A stretch of DNA of 64,000 bases from Clostridia bacterium (GTDB taxonomy: Bacteria > Bacillota > Clostridia > Oscillospirales > CAG-272). Positions within the stretch are counted from its first letter, which is position 1. Every line of letters starts with the position of its first letter. The DNA is taken from assembly GCA_017452525.1 (NCBI GenBank), contig JAFTMG010000007.1, forward strand, positions 6,418 to 70,417, in the 5' to 3' direction. Positions 44,591 to 54,395 of the stretch are shown here, piece by piece. The notes below the pieces were generated by a model. That model searched no databases, was not told the DNA's origin, and worked only from the letters and a program-made list of their open reading frames with translations. Made by a program: the position numbers and the translations under genes.

Positions 44591-45886
44591 TCAGTGTTCC
44601 GCAAGTCCGAGCTGTTTTTGAAACCAGGCAAGTACAGCGGCTTCGCTCTCGGGGCAGGTGCGGGAGGTGTTATACCACGCGGCTGCATTGATTACCTCAT
44701 AGCCGCCGTAGGGGAATTCCTCGGCGGGGGCGAGATAGCCCTCGACGGAGTTGGAATAGGCGCAAATGTAGATCGCCTCCCGCGGAAATCCTGCGGCGAC
44801 GAACATTTCTTCCAGCTTGTTTCCGGTGAGCGTAAGCACCTCAAAGGGGACGAAGGCAAAGACGCACTGCTTGCCGACGGTGAGAAGCTGAAGCGTAACG
44901 GTGATGTCAAAGCTCTCTCCCACGAGGCTTTTGCGAAGCATACGGCGGAGCCATTGGAGCTTGCGCAGATTGTAGTGCTTTTTGATATCGGTGGGGGCGG
45001 CGGCAAAATATGCCTTTTCGTGGGCAAGAATGTCAGCGCGAAGCGCGTCGGTGTCATTCAGCACCATCATAGGAACCGTGACTTGCTCGGTAGTCCAGCA
45101 AAGCGCACCGTCCATGCAGATCCCCTTCTCCGATGCCTGTGCGGCGGATCGGACGGGCAGGGCAAGCTCCCGCCCCAAGATACGGATCTTATCATCAATG
45201 GAGAGACCGTCCTCAAAATGGGGATCAATGTCGCCGCAACGACCCTGAAAATAGAGATAGGGTGCCTCGTCGGAGGAGAGGGCGTTGAGCTCGGTGAGCC
45301 AGTCGGCGGATACGGTATATTGGGTATTGATGACGGCATGGCAGGCGGCGGTGCAGAGGACGGCGCGCAGCGTACCCTGCTCGTCGCGGAAGGCGGCGGC
45401 ACGTACAGAGCGGTCGATCACGTCTCTCTTGCGGCGGTTATAGGAGTGGCGGAGGGGTTCGGGCAGGATCATGAAGGAGAAGGTACCTTCGCATGCCCTC
45501 TCCATAGCCCGAATGGCGGCTCTGCCGCAGCATTCGCCCACGTAGGCAAAATAATCGTATTGGATCGGCAGCTCGTCTATCAGCCCCGTGGCGGGTGCCG
45601 CGTGGGTGTGAATGCAGGTCAGGGCGATGCGGTCGCGGGGAATGCCTGTCAGCGAGGTGATCTGATCGGCGACCAGCTCATAGGTGCGGGAGCGCAGACC
45701 CACCAGATCGAGAGAAAAGATCAGATAGGTGTCGTCTCCGTCCATGATGGCGCAGACCTTGGCGTGCAGATCGTCGCGCACCCCTTCGGCGGGATGCACA
45801 CGGAAGCCGTAGCCGTCCAGATAAAGGGCAGAGGGGTGTGAGGGGGTAATGATCGCGTCGGCAAAGCCGAATCTCTTAGTGCTCAT
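44591..45886 (-). CDS. hypothetical protein, neutral/alkaline-ceramidase-N-terminal-domain-like
   Basis: The N-terminus FGFADAIITP..LDGYGFR..AEGVRDDLHAKV resembles the ceramidase_alk N-terminal pattern. Assigned from memory only. Confidence 0.5.
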   Translation of the reverse strand: MSTKRFGFADAIITPSHPSALYLDGYGFRVHPAEGVRDDLHAKVCAIMDGDDTYLIFSLDLVGLRSRTYELVADQITSLTGIPRDRIALTCIHTHAAPATGLIDELPIQYDYFAYVGECCGRAAIRAMERACEGTFSFMILPEPLRHSYNRRKRDVIDRSVRAAAFRDEQGTLRAVLCTAACHAVINTQYTVSADWLTELNALSSDEAPYLYFQGRCGDIDPHFEDGLSIDDKIRILGRELALPVRSAAQASEKGICMDGALCWTTEQVTVPMMVLNDTDALRADILAHEKAYFAAAPTDIKKHYNLRKLQWLRRMLRKSLVGESFDITVTLQLLTVGKQCVFAFVPFEVLTLTGNKLEEMFVAAGFPREAIYICAYSNSVEGYLAPAEEFPYGGYEVINAAAWYNTSRTCPESEAAVLAWFQKQLGLAEH

Positions 45887-46025
45887 TGGGATGCCTCCTG
45901 CAAACTTAGGTTGCTTTTATTATACTTGCGGGCGGTGAAAAAGTCAATAGAATCTCTGTTTTTGCATTGACATCGCCATGGGATTTTGCTACAATAAAGC
46001 TACTATCATATGGGGAGGCTGACCC

Positions 46026-46946
46026 ATGGAGAAACGACTGTTTATCGGTGTGGACGGCGGTGGAACCAAAACTGCGCTGACCGCATTGGACGGGGAGGGA
46101 AGAGAGCAGGCAAGTGCCTTCTGTCCTCCGCTCAATTATCATTTTATCGGTGTGGATGCAGCGCTTGCGCATCTCCGTCAGGGACTTGATGCGCTGCAGG
46201 TGCCGCATGAGAGGATCGCCGCGGTGGGGATTGGAGATCCCGCATTGGACGACGTGACCTCGGGCGCGGCGGCACATCGCTTTGCCGCCGCGGCGCGTGA
46301 GCTGCTGGGTGTTCCGGTCTATATTCGCAGTGATGCGTATATGACTCTTTATGCTCTGACCGGCGGAGAGGGTCCCGGTGTGCTGACGATCTCGGGTACG
46401 GGCGCGATGTCGATCGCCGAGAACGCCTCGGGAGAGATCTTCGTGGCGGGCGGCTGGGGACGGCTGACGGGTGACGAGGGTAGCGGATATTATATCGGGC
46501 TTTGCGGTATCCGCGCCGCGTTGCATGCCGCCGACGGGATCACGCCGCCAACCTCCCTGTTGGGCGCGGCACTCGATCATTTTGGCTGTGAAACGTCCCG
46601 CGCGTTGATCGACGTTTTTTACGGAGAAAGAGAGCCGGACGTGGCAGGCTTTGCCCGCAGGGTGGCGACGTGCGCTGAGACGGGCGACGGAAGAGCGGCA
46701 GAGATCCTGTCGGATGCCGCGGGCTATCTTGCGGATTACACGGCGGTGCTGATGGAAAAAAGCGGAGCCGACCGTGTCGGTGTTTACGGAAGCGTGCTTT
46801 GCCGCAATCGCGCGGTGAGAGAGGAATTTGAGCGGAGGATCCTTTCGCGTTACCCTTCCGCTACCGTGGCGGAGCCGACCGTCAGCGCGCAGGTCGCGGC
46901 GGCGCTCTATGCCAAAAATCAATGGAGAAAAGAGGAGACTGTATGA
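46026..46946 (+). CDS. BadF/BadG/BcrA/BcrD-type ATPase (N-acetylglucosamine-kinase-like)
   Basis: IGVDGGGTKT phosphate-1 motif, ISGTGAMS, GGWGRLTGDEGSGYYIG. Confidence 0.8.
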   Translation: MEKRLFIGVDGGGTKTALTALDGEGREQASAFCPPLNYHFIGVDAALAHLRQGLDALQVPHERIAAVGIGDPALDDVTSGAAAHRFAAAARELLGVPVYIRSDAYMTLYALTGGEGPGVLTISGTGAMSIAENASGEIFVAGGWGRLTGDEGSGYYIGLCGIRAALHAADGITPPTSLLGAALDHFGCETSRALIDVFYGEREPDVAGFARRVATCAETGDGRAAEILSDAAGYLADYTAVLMEKSGADRVGVYGSVLCRNRAVREEFERRILSRYPSATVAEPTVSAQVAAALYAKNQWRKEETV

Positions 46947-47677
46947 AAGCCAGTGAAGCTTATATTAGGGAGATCATGCGTCTGACAGAGGAGGTTGCCG
47001 CCGCGCAGGCGGAGCCCATCGAGCAGGCGGCAGAACTTGCCGCGCAGGCTCTTTGCTCGGACGGTTACATTTTTACCTTTGGTACGGGACATTCTCATCT
47101 GCTTGCGGAGGAGATCTTTTACCGTGCGGGCGGTCTGGCGCGTGTTTGCCCCATTCTGGAGGATTCGCTGATGCTTCACCGTGCCGCGGCGAGAAGCAGT
47201 CAGATCGAGCGGGCGTCGGGGCTTGCCAAGCCGCTGTTGGATGATGTGGATGCGGTGCGATTTGGAGGCGTGATGTTCCTCTTTTCCAATTCGGGATGCA
47301 ATACGGTGGCGGTTGACATGGCGCTCGAGGCGAAAGCCCGCGGTCTTTCCACCGTTTGTATCACCAATCTGAAGCACGCGGCACGTTCCGTCTCGCGCCA
47401 TCCCGAGGGGAAAAAACTGTGCGAGGTGTGCGACGTGGTCATCGATAACATGGGGTGCTACGGCGACGCGGCGATCTCCGTGGGAGATTGTGTTACCGGC
47501 GCCACCTCTACAGCCATCGGTGCCATGATCCTGCAAGCCGTCGTCTGCCGTGCCATTGAGCTGTCGCAGGCGCATGGAGTCGAGCCGGAGGTCTTCCATT
47601 CGGCGAACACCGTGGGGGGAGACGATGCCAATGAAGCGTACATTCAAAAATACAAGCCTTACGTCAAAGCGCTTTAA
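46943..47677 (+). CDS. SIS domain-containing protein (UPF0309-like)
   Basis: ATGA overlap with the upstream gene. FTFGTGHSHLLAEE and FSNSGCN sugar-isomerase-domain motifs. Confidence 0.75.
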   Translation: MKASEAYIREIMRLTEEVAAAQAEPIEQAAELAAQALCSDGYIFTFGTGHSHLLAEEIFYRAGGLARVCPILEDSLMLHRAAARSSQIERASGLAKPLLDDVDAVRFGGVMFLFSNSGCNTVAVDMALEAKARGLSTVCITNLKHAARSVSRHPEGKKLCEVCDVVIDNMGCYGDAAISVGDCVTGATSTAIGAMILQAVVCRAIELSQAHGVEPEVFHSANTVGGDDANEAYIQKYKPYVKAL

Positions 47678-47696
47678 AACTGAGGAGGTCTGACAT

Positions 47697-48893
47697 ATGC
47701 TTGCTATTCAGGGCGGAACGCCGATCAGAACTGAGAAATATCCCGCATGGCCGCGCGTGACCGATGCGGATCGGAGCATCCTTTCTGCCGTGGTGCTGGA
47801 GGGAGAAATGCACAGCGGAAAATACCGCCGTGCCTTTGAAGAGCGCTTTGCCGCCGATTGCGGTGTGAAGCATTGCTTTGCCGTTGCGAACGGAACGGTC
47901 TCGCTGGAGTTGATCCTGCGCGCCTACGGCATTGGTGCGGGAGACGAGGTGATCCTGCCGCCGTATACCTTTGTGGCAACCCTTTCCTCCATCGTGTTTG
48001 CGGGGGCGACTCCCGTCTTTGCTGATATCGCGCGGGGAAATTATCTTCTGGATCCCCGTGTTTTGGAGGAGAAGATCACGCCGCGGACACGGGCGGTGGT
48101 TGCCGTTGCCGTTGCCGGCTGTCCTCCCATGCTGGATGAGCTGGAGGAGATCTGCCGCCGTCACGGCGTGCGGCTGATCGTGGATGCCGCGCAGGCGGTC
48201 GGCGCCGCTTGGCGGGATCGCAGGATCTGCGCTTGTGGCGACGTGGCGTCCATCTCCTGTCAAAATACCAAAAATCTTACCTGCGGAGAAGGCGGTTTGA
48301 TCACTACCAACGACGATGTGCTGGCAGAGAAGCTGGCGTGTATTCTGGGAGGCGGTGCCAAGGACGGCGTTTATATTACCGTCGGGCAGGATCACGGTAT
48401 CAGCGAATATCAGGCGGCGATCCTGACGTCTCAGTACGGGAAGCTGGGCGGAGAGATCCTTTTGCGCGAAAAAAATGCCGCGTATCTGGCGGGAAGATTG
48501 AAGGAGCTGGATTTTGTAAAGAGCGCATCCTATGATCCGCGCATCACCTGTCATGCCTTCCATCTGTATCTGATGCGCTTTGAGCGCGAGGTGTTGGCAG
48601 AGCGTGGCATTACGAGACGGCAGTTTTTGAAGGCGATGAACGCGGAGGGTATCCCCGTATCGGCGGGTTATATGCCGCTTTATACCTTCCCGTGTACGGT
48701 GTCTGCCGATACGGTACGTATGATCGGTGGGCACATCGACGTGACCCCGCTGCCGGAATGTCAGCGTGCTTCCTACGAGGAGGGCGCGTGGCTGACACAG
48801 AATCTTCTTTTGGGAACGAGAAAAGATATTGACGATATTGCCGACGCAATGATCAAGGTGTGGGCGCACGCCGATGATGTGCGCCGGCTGTGA
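47697..48893 (+). CDS. DegT/DnrJ/EryC1/StrS family aminotransferase
   Basis: Typical family layout: FAVANGTVSLELILRA, DEVILPPYTFVAT, DAAQAVGA, SCQNTKNLTCGEGGLITT (PLP-Lys region). Confidence 0.88.
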   Translation: MLAIQGGTPIRTEKYPAWPRVTDADRSILSAVVLEGEMHSGKYRRAFEERFAADCGVKHCFAVANGTVSLELILRAYGIGAGDEVILPPYTFVATLSSIVFAGATPVFADIARGNYLLDPRVLEEKITPRTRAVVAVAVAGCPPMLDELEEICRRHGVRLIVDAAQAVGAAWRDRRICACGDVASISCQNTKNLTCGEGGLITTNDDVLAEKLACILGGGAKDGVYITVGQDHGISEYQAAILTSQYGKLGGEILLREKNAAYLAGRLKELDFVKSASYDPRITCHAFHLYLMRFEREVLAERGITRRQFLKAMNAEGIPVSAGYMPLYTFPCTVSADTVRMIGGHIDVTPLPECQRASYEEGAWLTQNLLLGTRKDIDDIADAMIKVWAHADDVRRL

Positions 48894-48902
48894 GAGGAGG
48901 TC

Positions 48903-49730
48903 GTGACGATGGATCGCAAGCAGTTGGAACAAAAGGAGCTTGAAGTACTGAACAGCGGAGTCTGGGGCACGATCGCGCCTCATTCGACCTCTGCCGCCAA
49001 GGCGTTGGCGGAATATACGGGAGGCAAGTACGGCTTGCTGTGTCACAGTGCCGACGCGGCGTATGACGCGGTACTGCGCCACCTCGGCGCGAGATTTGCC
49101 GGTCAGCCACACGGAGACGTTGTCATCGTCGGTGAGCGGAGCATGCCCTCCGATTCTTTGGTGGCACTGTGCGTCGGCGCCGAGCCGATCTTCGCTTCCG
49201 TTTGCGGGCGGTGTGATATGATCACGCCCGACGGACTGCGGGAGGCATTGACGTCTGCCGCTCTGCCGATCCGCGCGGCGGTGTTGGATTACTACGCGGA
49301 GGGAGAAATGGCGGAAAAGTACCCGCTTGCCGAGGTGTCCCGCATTTGTCGGGAGGGGCAGATCCCGCTTGTGCTGATGGCAGGCGGCTGTATCGGCGCG
49401 CGCCATGACGGACAGCCGCTGACGGCATTTGCCGACGCGGTGATCTATACCCTCGGTAAGGGAAGCGCCGTAGACGCGGGCGGCGGCGGTCTGATCGTGA
49501 CGGACGTGCAGGCGGTGTGGGCAGGTGCCTTTGCCTACCATAATTGCGGCCGTTCCCCGGGGGCGGGATGCTCCTTGGTGATGGACGACATCGTGGGAGG
49601 CGATATGCGCGTGACGGAATGGATCGCGGTCGCGGCGGAGGATATTTTTGACCGCGGCGCACTCGCGGTGCCATCTCTGCGTGTTCCCGTGAACATGAAG
49701 GATCAACCGGTGTTTCAACATAAAAAATAA
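48903..49730 (+). CDS. divergent, shorter DegT-like PLP-enzyme paralog
   Basis: ALAEYTGGKYGLLCHSADAAYDAVLRHLG and YTLGKGSAVDAGGGGLIVT align by eye with DegT motifs. Only 275 aa. Confidence 0.55.
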   Translation: MTMDRKQLEQKELEVLNSGVWGTIAPHSTSAAKALAEYTGGKYGLLCHSADAAYDAVLRHLGARFAGQPHGDVVIVGERSMPSDSLVALCVGAEPIFASVCGRCDMITPDGLREALTSAALPIRAAVLDYYAEGEMAEKYPLAEVSRICREGQIPLVLMAGGCIGARHDGQPLTAFADAVIYTLGKGSAVDAGGGGLIVTDVQAVWAGAFAYHNCGRSPGAGCSLVMDDIVGGDMRVTEWIAVAAEDIFDRGALAVPSLRVPVNMKDQPVFQHKK

Positions 49731-49771
49731 ATACAGGGCGGGGATCCCCCCGCCCGGAAAATGAGGTTTAC

Positions 49772-50797
49772 ATGAATAAGGGATCGCGTATTCTGATATC
49801 CGTTGCGGTGGGGCTGATCGCGCTGATCGTGCTGGTTTTGGTCGGTTTCCGTCTGGTCATGAGGATTCCCGTCGCATCCTATTACCGCGCCTCGGAAAAG
49901 GCGTTCGTTATTCCGGGACTTGATGAGAATTTCGTGCCCCAGGGCTTTCATCACGATGGGGAAAACGGATATTTCCTGGTTTCCGGCTATTCCGCCAAGA
50001 GCGGGGCGCACTCGACGGTGTACGTGCTGAACGGCGAGAGCGGCGAGGTTGTGGGCAAGGCGCTTCTCTGCAAGGAGGATGGCGAGGTGTTCACGGGGCA
50101 CAGCGGCGGCATTGCGCGCAACGGCGATTACGTCTATATTGCAGGCGGATCGGGCAGATGCCTGTACGTCTATTCCTACGCCGATATTCTGGCGGCGGGG
50201 AATGGCGGCACGGTCAATCGCCTTGGAAAATTTTCTCTGAAATATTCCGATGAGGACTATCAGGGAACTTCCTTTGTGAGCGTGGTCGGTGACCGACTGA
50301 TCGTGGGTGAATACCGCACCGAAACGGACTATTCTTATCCCGATTCCCACCGAGTGACCACCTCCGCGGGAGATGAGCACGGCGGTCTTGCCATGGAGTT
50401 TGCGTTGGATCCGAGCGGTCCCTACGGCATCAGCGCCAATCCCTCAAGAGTGTATTCCATCCGCGACTACGTGCAAGGGCTTTGGGTCGAGGACGGTAAG
50501 ATCTATCTTTCCACCTCTCACGGTCTGAGCCACTCGCTGATCTATGTGTACGACGAGGCAAAGGCGGTCGAGGAGGGAACGATCAAGATCATCGGCAGAA
50601 CGTTGCCCCTCTACTCGCTGGATTCGGCGTCACTTACGGCGACCTATCGGATCGCGCCCATGTCGGAGGAGCTGTTTGTGAAGGACGGTAAGCTGTACGT
50701 TATGTGTGAGTCTGCCTGCTCGAAGTATTTCTTTGGAAACCTGATCGGCGGCAAATGGTGCTACCGTACTGACCTGGAGCAAATGAAAACAGAATAA
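49772..50797 (+). CDS. hypothetical membrane-anchored protein
   Basis: N-terminal TM (ILISVAVGLIALIVLVLVGF), then a beta-rich soluble domain. No motif recognised. Confidence 0.6.
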   Translation: MNKGSRILISVAVGLIALIVLVLVGFRLVMRIPVASYYRASEKAFVIPGLDENFVPQGFHHDGENGYFLVSGYSAKSGAHSTVYVLNGESGEVVGKALLCKEDGEVFTGHSGGIARNGDYVYIAGGSGRCLYVYSYADILAAGNGGTVNRLGKFSLKYSDEDYQGTSFVSVVGDRLIVGEYRTETDYSYPDSHRVTTSAGDEHGGLAMEFALDPSGPYGISANPSRVYSIRDYVQGLWVEDGKIYLSTSHGLSHSLIYVYDEAKAVEEGTIKIIGRTLPLYSLDSASLTATYRIAPMSEELFVKDGKLYVMCESACSKYFFGNLIGGKWCYRTDLEQMKTE

Positions 50798-50800
50798 GAA

Positions 50801-50837
50801 ATGGCGGCAGTCTGAAAACGATCAGACTGCCGCCATT
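50801..50837. terminator. bidirectional terminator (15-bp stem)
   Basis: atggcggcagtctga..tcagactgccgccat, between convergent genes. Confidence 0.8.
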
Positions 50838-50853
50838 CGCTGTTGCTGTGAAA

Positions 50854-52089
50854 TTATTCCAAAGTGACTTCGGCAACACGGACCACCAGATTTTTGCCGT
50901 AAGGGTAGCCGGTGCATTCGATCTGAAGCGTGTCTCCGTCCTGCGTAAAATTCAGTGCCTCGTCACAATCGGTCCAGCGTACCGAGGCGACCTTCCGGGG
51001 AATACCGCGGAAGGTCTTCGCGCCCGCGCCGCCGTGCTCCACCGTAACGTTGGCGTCGCCGACGATGGAGAGATCGTGAACAAAGAGATAGAGCTTGTCT
51101 CCGTCCTGCAGGCCGAAGTTTTTGCCCTCACCGTCCACGCCGCAGGGCTTGGCGGTATAGATGACGTTGCCCGTTTCGCGGACCCAATCACCGATGCCGC
51201 GCATCAGCGCCTCCTGCATCAGGGAGATCTTGCCCGAGCCCAAAGGACCGACGTTCAGAAGATAATTGGCACCGACGCGTCTGCAGGCACAGAGCGTCTC
51301 GATCAGATGTGCCAGGGATTTATAGTTGAAATCGTTTGCCCCGTGTCCCCAATGTCGGTTCATGGTGTGGCACATTTCGGCAGCGACGTATTTGGGCATG
51401 CCCTCGCGATCCATCGGTGTGGGGCGCCCCTGCTCAAATGTGACGCTGTCCAGCTGCAGATTGCCGATCTGACCTCGTGCGCCAAGTCCGGTGTTGTTGA
51501 CGATGATCGCCTCCGGCTGATGCTTGCGGATCACGGCGTAAAGGGCATCCTCCTCCCAATCGTCATCGGGACGGGACCAATTGCCGTCAAACCAAAGACC
51601 GCCGATCTTGCCGTATTGGGTACACAATACCTCCACCGAGTCGCGAAGATATTGCAGATATGCCTTGAAATCGTTCTTGAAATCGGGATGATGCCAATCC
51701 AGTGTGGTATGATAGAAGAAGGGGACGATGCCCGCATCGTTGCAGGCATCCACAAATTCGCGGATCAGATCTCTGCCGCAGGGTGTGTGGGGGGCGTCAT
51801 AGGTGGAGAGTCCCTTGGTGTCGTAGAGCGAAAAGCCGTCGTGATGGCGTGTGGTCAGCGTAATATAACGGGCGCCTGCCGCCTTGGCAATGCATGCCCA
51901 TTGATGTGCGTCAAATTCAGAGGCGGTAAAGGTCTGTGCAAGACGCTCGTATTCTTCCTTCGGGATCTTTGCCTGATGCTGGATCCATTCGCCGCGTCCC
52001 AGCTGGGAATAGATCCCCCAGTGGACGAACATGCCGAATCCGAAATTTTCAAACTCAGCGATCCTTTTTTCGGGCTTGGGTATAGACAT
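50854..52089 (-). CDS. alpha-L-fucosidase (GH29)
   Basis: Start trimmed to MSIPKPEK after a gaggagg RBS. FGMFVHWGIYS, YITLTTRHHDGF and WFDG GH29 motifs. Confidence 0.88.
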   Translation of the reverse strand: MSIPKPEKRIAEFENFGFGMFVHWGIYSQLGRGEWIQHQAKIPKEEYERLAQTFTASEFDAHQWACIAKAAGARYITLTTRHHDGFSLYDTKGLSTYDAPHTPCGRDLIREFVDACNDAGIVPFFYHTTLDWHHPDFKNDFKAYLQYLRDSVEVLCTQYGKIGGLWFDGNWSRPDDDWEEDALYAVIRKHQPEAIIVNNTGLGARGQIGNLQLDSVTFEQGRPTPMDREGMPKYVAAEMCHTMNRHWGHGANDFNYKSLAHLIETLCACRRVGANYLLNVGPLGSGKISLMQEALMRGIGDWVRETGNVIYTAKPCGVDGEGKNFGLQDGDKLYLFVHDLSIVGDANVTVEHGGAGAKTFRGIPRKVASVRWTDCDEALNFTQDGDTLQIECTGYPYGKNLVVRVAEVTLE

Positions 52090-52280
52090 GACAAATTCCT
52101 CCTCGTCTATGGAATCCACTTTATTATAACAGACTTTGGAACGCTTGTCATTGCCTTTTCGGATTTTTGGTGAGATGGATAAAAATCGTGTCCGATGTTT
52201 GGCGAATCTGTCAATACGCTTGCTTTTTTAACGAAAATATGATATGATATGAGAAACAGAAACGATAGGGAGGATTGGTC

Positions 52281-52655
52281 ATGCGGCAATATTTGAAGAT
52301 CGGCGATCTTGTGTTGATGTCTTTTTTGCTGGCACTTGCCGCAGCACTGATGTTCCTTCCGTGGCTTCGCGGCGAGGAGGCAAATACCTTTGAGGTCGTA
52401 TATGCCCGTACAGGGGTGGTCGAGAGCTATCCTTTGGATACCGACGGCGAGTATGTGATCGTTTCAGAGGAAACGGAACTGTGCGTTTCGGTTTCGGCGG
52501 GAGCGGTTCGGGTCATTTCGTCCGATTGCCGCGACCGTATCTGTGTGCAGAGTCATGAGATCTCGCAGGCAGGGCAGAGCATCGTTTGCGCGCCGGCGGG
52601 GATCGTGATACGTATTGTAAGTGAGGAGGCGGTATCGGATGCGATCTCGGGATGA
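52281..52655 (+). CDS. NusG domain II-containing membrane-anchored protein
   Basis: About 124 aa. N-terminal TM, then a small beta domain. Usual position upstream of a Gx transporter gene. Family call from memory. Confidence 0.5.
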   Translation: MRQYLKIGDLVLMSFLLALAAALMFLPWLRGEEANTFEVVYARTGVVESYPLDTDGEYVIVSEETELCVSVSAGAVRVISSDCRDRICVQSHEISQAGQSIVCAPAGIVIRIVSEEAVSDAISG

Positions 52656-53208
52656 TCACGGAGTGGATATCTATCGCCTTTGTCTGGACGGTATGCTGCT
52701 TGGTGCCGCATTGCTGCTTTCCTATCTGGAGGCGATCCTGCCGCCTCTGCTTTGGATCCCCTTGCCCGGCTTTAAATTAGGACTTTGCAACGTGCTGATC
52801 ACCGTTGCTTTTCTCGCTGTTTCTCCGAGGGACGCGGCGGCGATCTCGCTCTGCCGTATTCTTTTGATGGGCTGGCTGTTTGGAAATGGTATGAGTCTGA
52901 TCTTTTCTCTGTGCGGCGGAATATGCGCCTACGTGGGACTTTGGCTGTTTGCGGTGGCGGGGAAACGGTGGTTCGGCTTGATCGGCGTGTCGGTGGGCTG
53001 TGCTGCGTTGCACCAGCTGGGGCAATTGGGCGCGGCTTGTGTGTTGCTTCGCACCAACGCGGTCTACAGCTATCTGCCCGCGCTTCTCCTCTCCGCACTG
53101 ATCTTTGGTACGGTCACGGGGATCCTGCTGCAGCTTTTTTTGCCGCGCTTTGAGCAGATCAAACGAAAATGGATGAAGAGGGACGGTGCGACATATGTGG
53201 AGAGATAA
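52639..53208 (+). CDS. Gx transporter family protein (heptaprenyl-diphosphate-synthase-component-I-like)
   Basis: LPGFKLGLCNV motif and five hydrophobic helices. ATG at 52639, 9 nt after gaggagg. Confidence 0.65.
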   Translation: MRSRDDHGVDIYRLCLDGMLLGAALLLSYLEAILPPLLWIPLPGFKLGLCNVLITVAFLAVSPRDAAAISLCRILLMGWLFGNGMSLIFSLCGGICAYVGLWLFAVAGKRWFGLIGVSVGCAALHQLGQLGAACVLLRTNAVYSYLPALLLSALIFGTVTGILLQLFLPRFEQIKRKWMKRDGATYVER

Positions 53209-54238
53209 AGGTACCCGGATCAAGCGCTTGACCTTTCTTCTCGCCGTCATTCTGTGTTTTTCCTGCGTATCCTGCGGCCGCGCTTCGGGCGAGCGCACGG
53301 TCTCGAAGACTTATTTTTTGATGGATACGGTGATCGAGATCAAGTTGCGGTGCGGTGAAGAGACGGCGGCTCCCGTTTTCTCGGCGTGCGGCGAGATCAT
53401 GAGCGGCGTCGAGGCAGTTCTGTCCCGTACCGTATCGGATAGCGCGGTGTCACGGTTCAATACCGAGGGACAGTGGCAGGTGGACGCGGCGTTTTCCAAG
53501 GTGGTCCAAACGGCGCTTGACGTTTCGGGGGCTACCGACGGTGCTTTTGATCCCACCGTGGAGCCGATCGTCTCTTTGTGGAAGCGGTGTGAGGAGCAGG
53601 GGCGATTGCCTGTTGAGGAGGAACTGCACGAGTGCCTGGCACACGTAGGAACGGAACACCTTGTGTGGGAAGAGAATACCTTGACCCGTACCGATCCCGC
53701 AACCGCACTGGATCTCGGTGCCATCGGTAAGGGATATGCCATCGATCTTGTGGTGGATTATCTGGAGAAGACCGAGGTTCCCGGCGGTGTGGTGTCCTTT
53801 GGCGGTAACGTTGCGGTGTTTGGCGCAAAGAAGAACGGGGAGGCGTATCGCATCGGCTTGCGCGATCCGCAGAATACGGCGGGCGTGCTGGGCTATCTGT
53901 CCGTCCCGTCCGGTGTGATCTCCGTGTCGGGCGATTATGAAAGATACGTGACGATCAACGGGGCGCGATATCACCATATCATCGACCCCAAGACGGGATA
54001 TCCCGCCGAAAGCGGACTGCGGAGTGTGGCAGTGCTGTGTGAGGACGGCACGCTGGCGGACGCCCTTTCCACCGCGCTCTTCGTTATGGGTGTGGAGGAG
54101 GCAATGGCGTTGTACGAGTCGGCTGTTTTTCCGTTTGAGGCAGTGTTTGTGACCGAGGACGAGATCATTCTGACCGAGGGACTTGCGGAGGGCGGTCGAT
54201 TCGAGCATACTGCCAAGCAATATCGGCTTGCTTCATAA
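53186..54238 (+). CDS. FAD:protein FMN transferase (ApbE family) lipoprotein
   Basis: Lipobox-like LCFSCVSC. ApbE motifs FDPTVEPIV, DLGAIGKGYA, HHIIDPKTG. Confidence 0.88.
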   Translation: MRHMWRDKGTRIKRLTFLLAVILCFSCVSCGRASGERTVSKTYFLMDTVIEIKLRCGEETAAPVFSACGEIMSGVEAVLSRTVSDSAVSRFNTEGQWQVDAAFSKVVQTALDVSGATDGAFDPTVEPIVSLWKRCEEQGRLPVEEELHECLAHVGTEHLVWEENTLTRTDPATALDLGAIGKGYAIDLVVDYLEKTEVPGGVVSFGGNVAVFGAKKNGEAYRIGLRDPQNTAGVLGYLSVPSGVISVSGDYERYVTINGARYHHIIDPKTGYPAESGLRSVAVLCEDGTLADALSTALFVMGVEEAMALYESAVFPFEAVFVTEDEIILTEGLAEGGRFEHTAKQYRLAS

Positions 54239-54254
54239 AAAAGAAAATTGCCTC

Positions 54255-54283
54255 TTGAAAGTACGCCACCGTCGGTGTATAAT
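54255..54283 (+). promoter_or_regulatory. sigma-A promoter (TTGAAA-17-TATAAT) upstream of ribF
   Basis: Hexamers at 54255..54260 and 54278..54283. Confidence 0.55.
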
Positions 54284-54395
54284 ATAAAGAGATTTCAGCG
54301 AGCAAACGCTGATTTGCATTGTTTTGTTTGACTTTGAATCGAAATACACTTATAAAACAACTGATGGTTGATTTTTGAGAGGAGGGGGAAATCTG

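Noticed and set aside
47664-49721. A 685-aa ORF on the minus strand. Similar long antisense ORFs include 3342..4931 (+), 10476..11672 (-), 21274..22413 (-), 22551..23696 (-), 44555..45841 (+), 45906..46922 (-), 50848..52173 (+) and 16751..17545 (-).
   Set aside because: These are shadow ORFs, typical of high-GC DNA. Each lies antisense to a gene with clear family motifs (DegT, ThrC, GpsA-like, Gfo/Idh/MocA, AraC, fucosidase and others). Their translations are Arg/Gly/His/Pro-rich, low in complexity and free of motifs. None has a convincing RBS.
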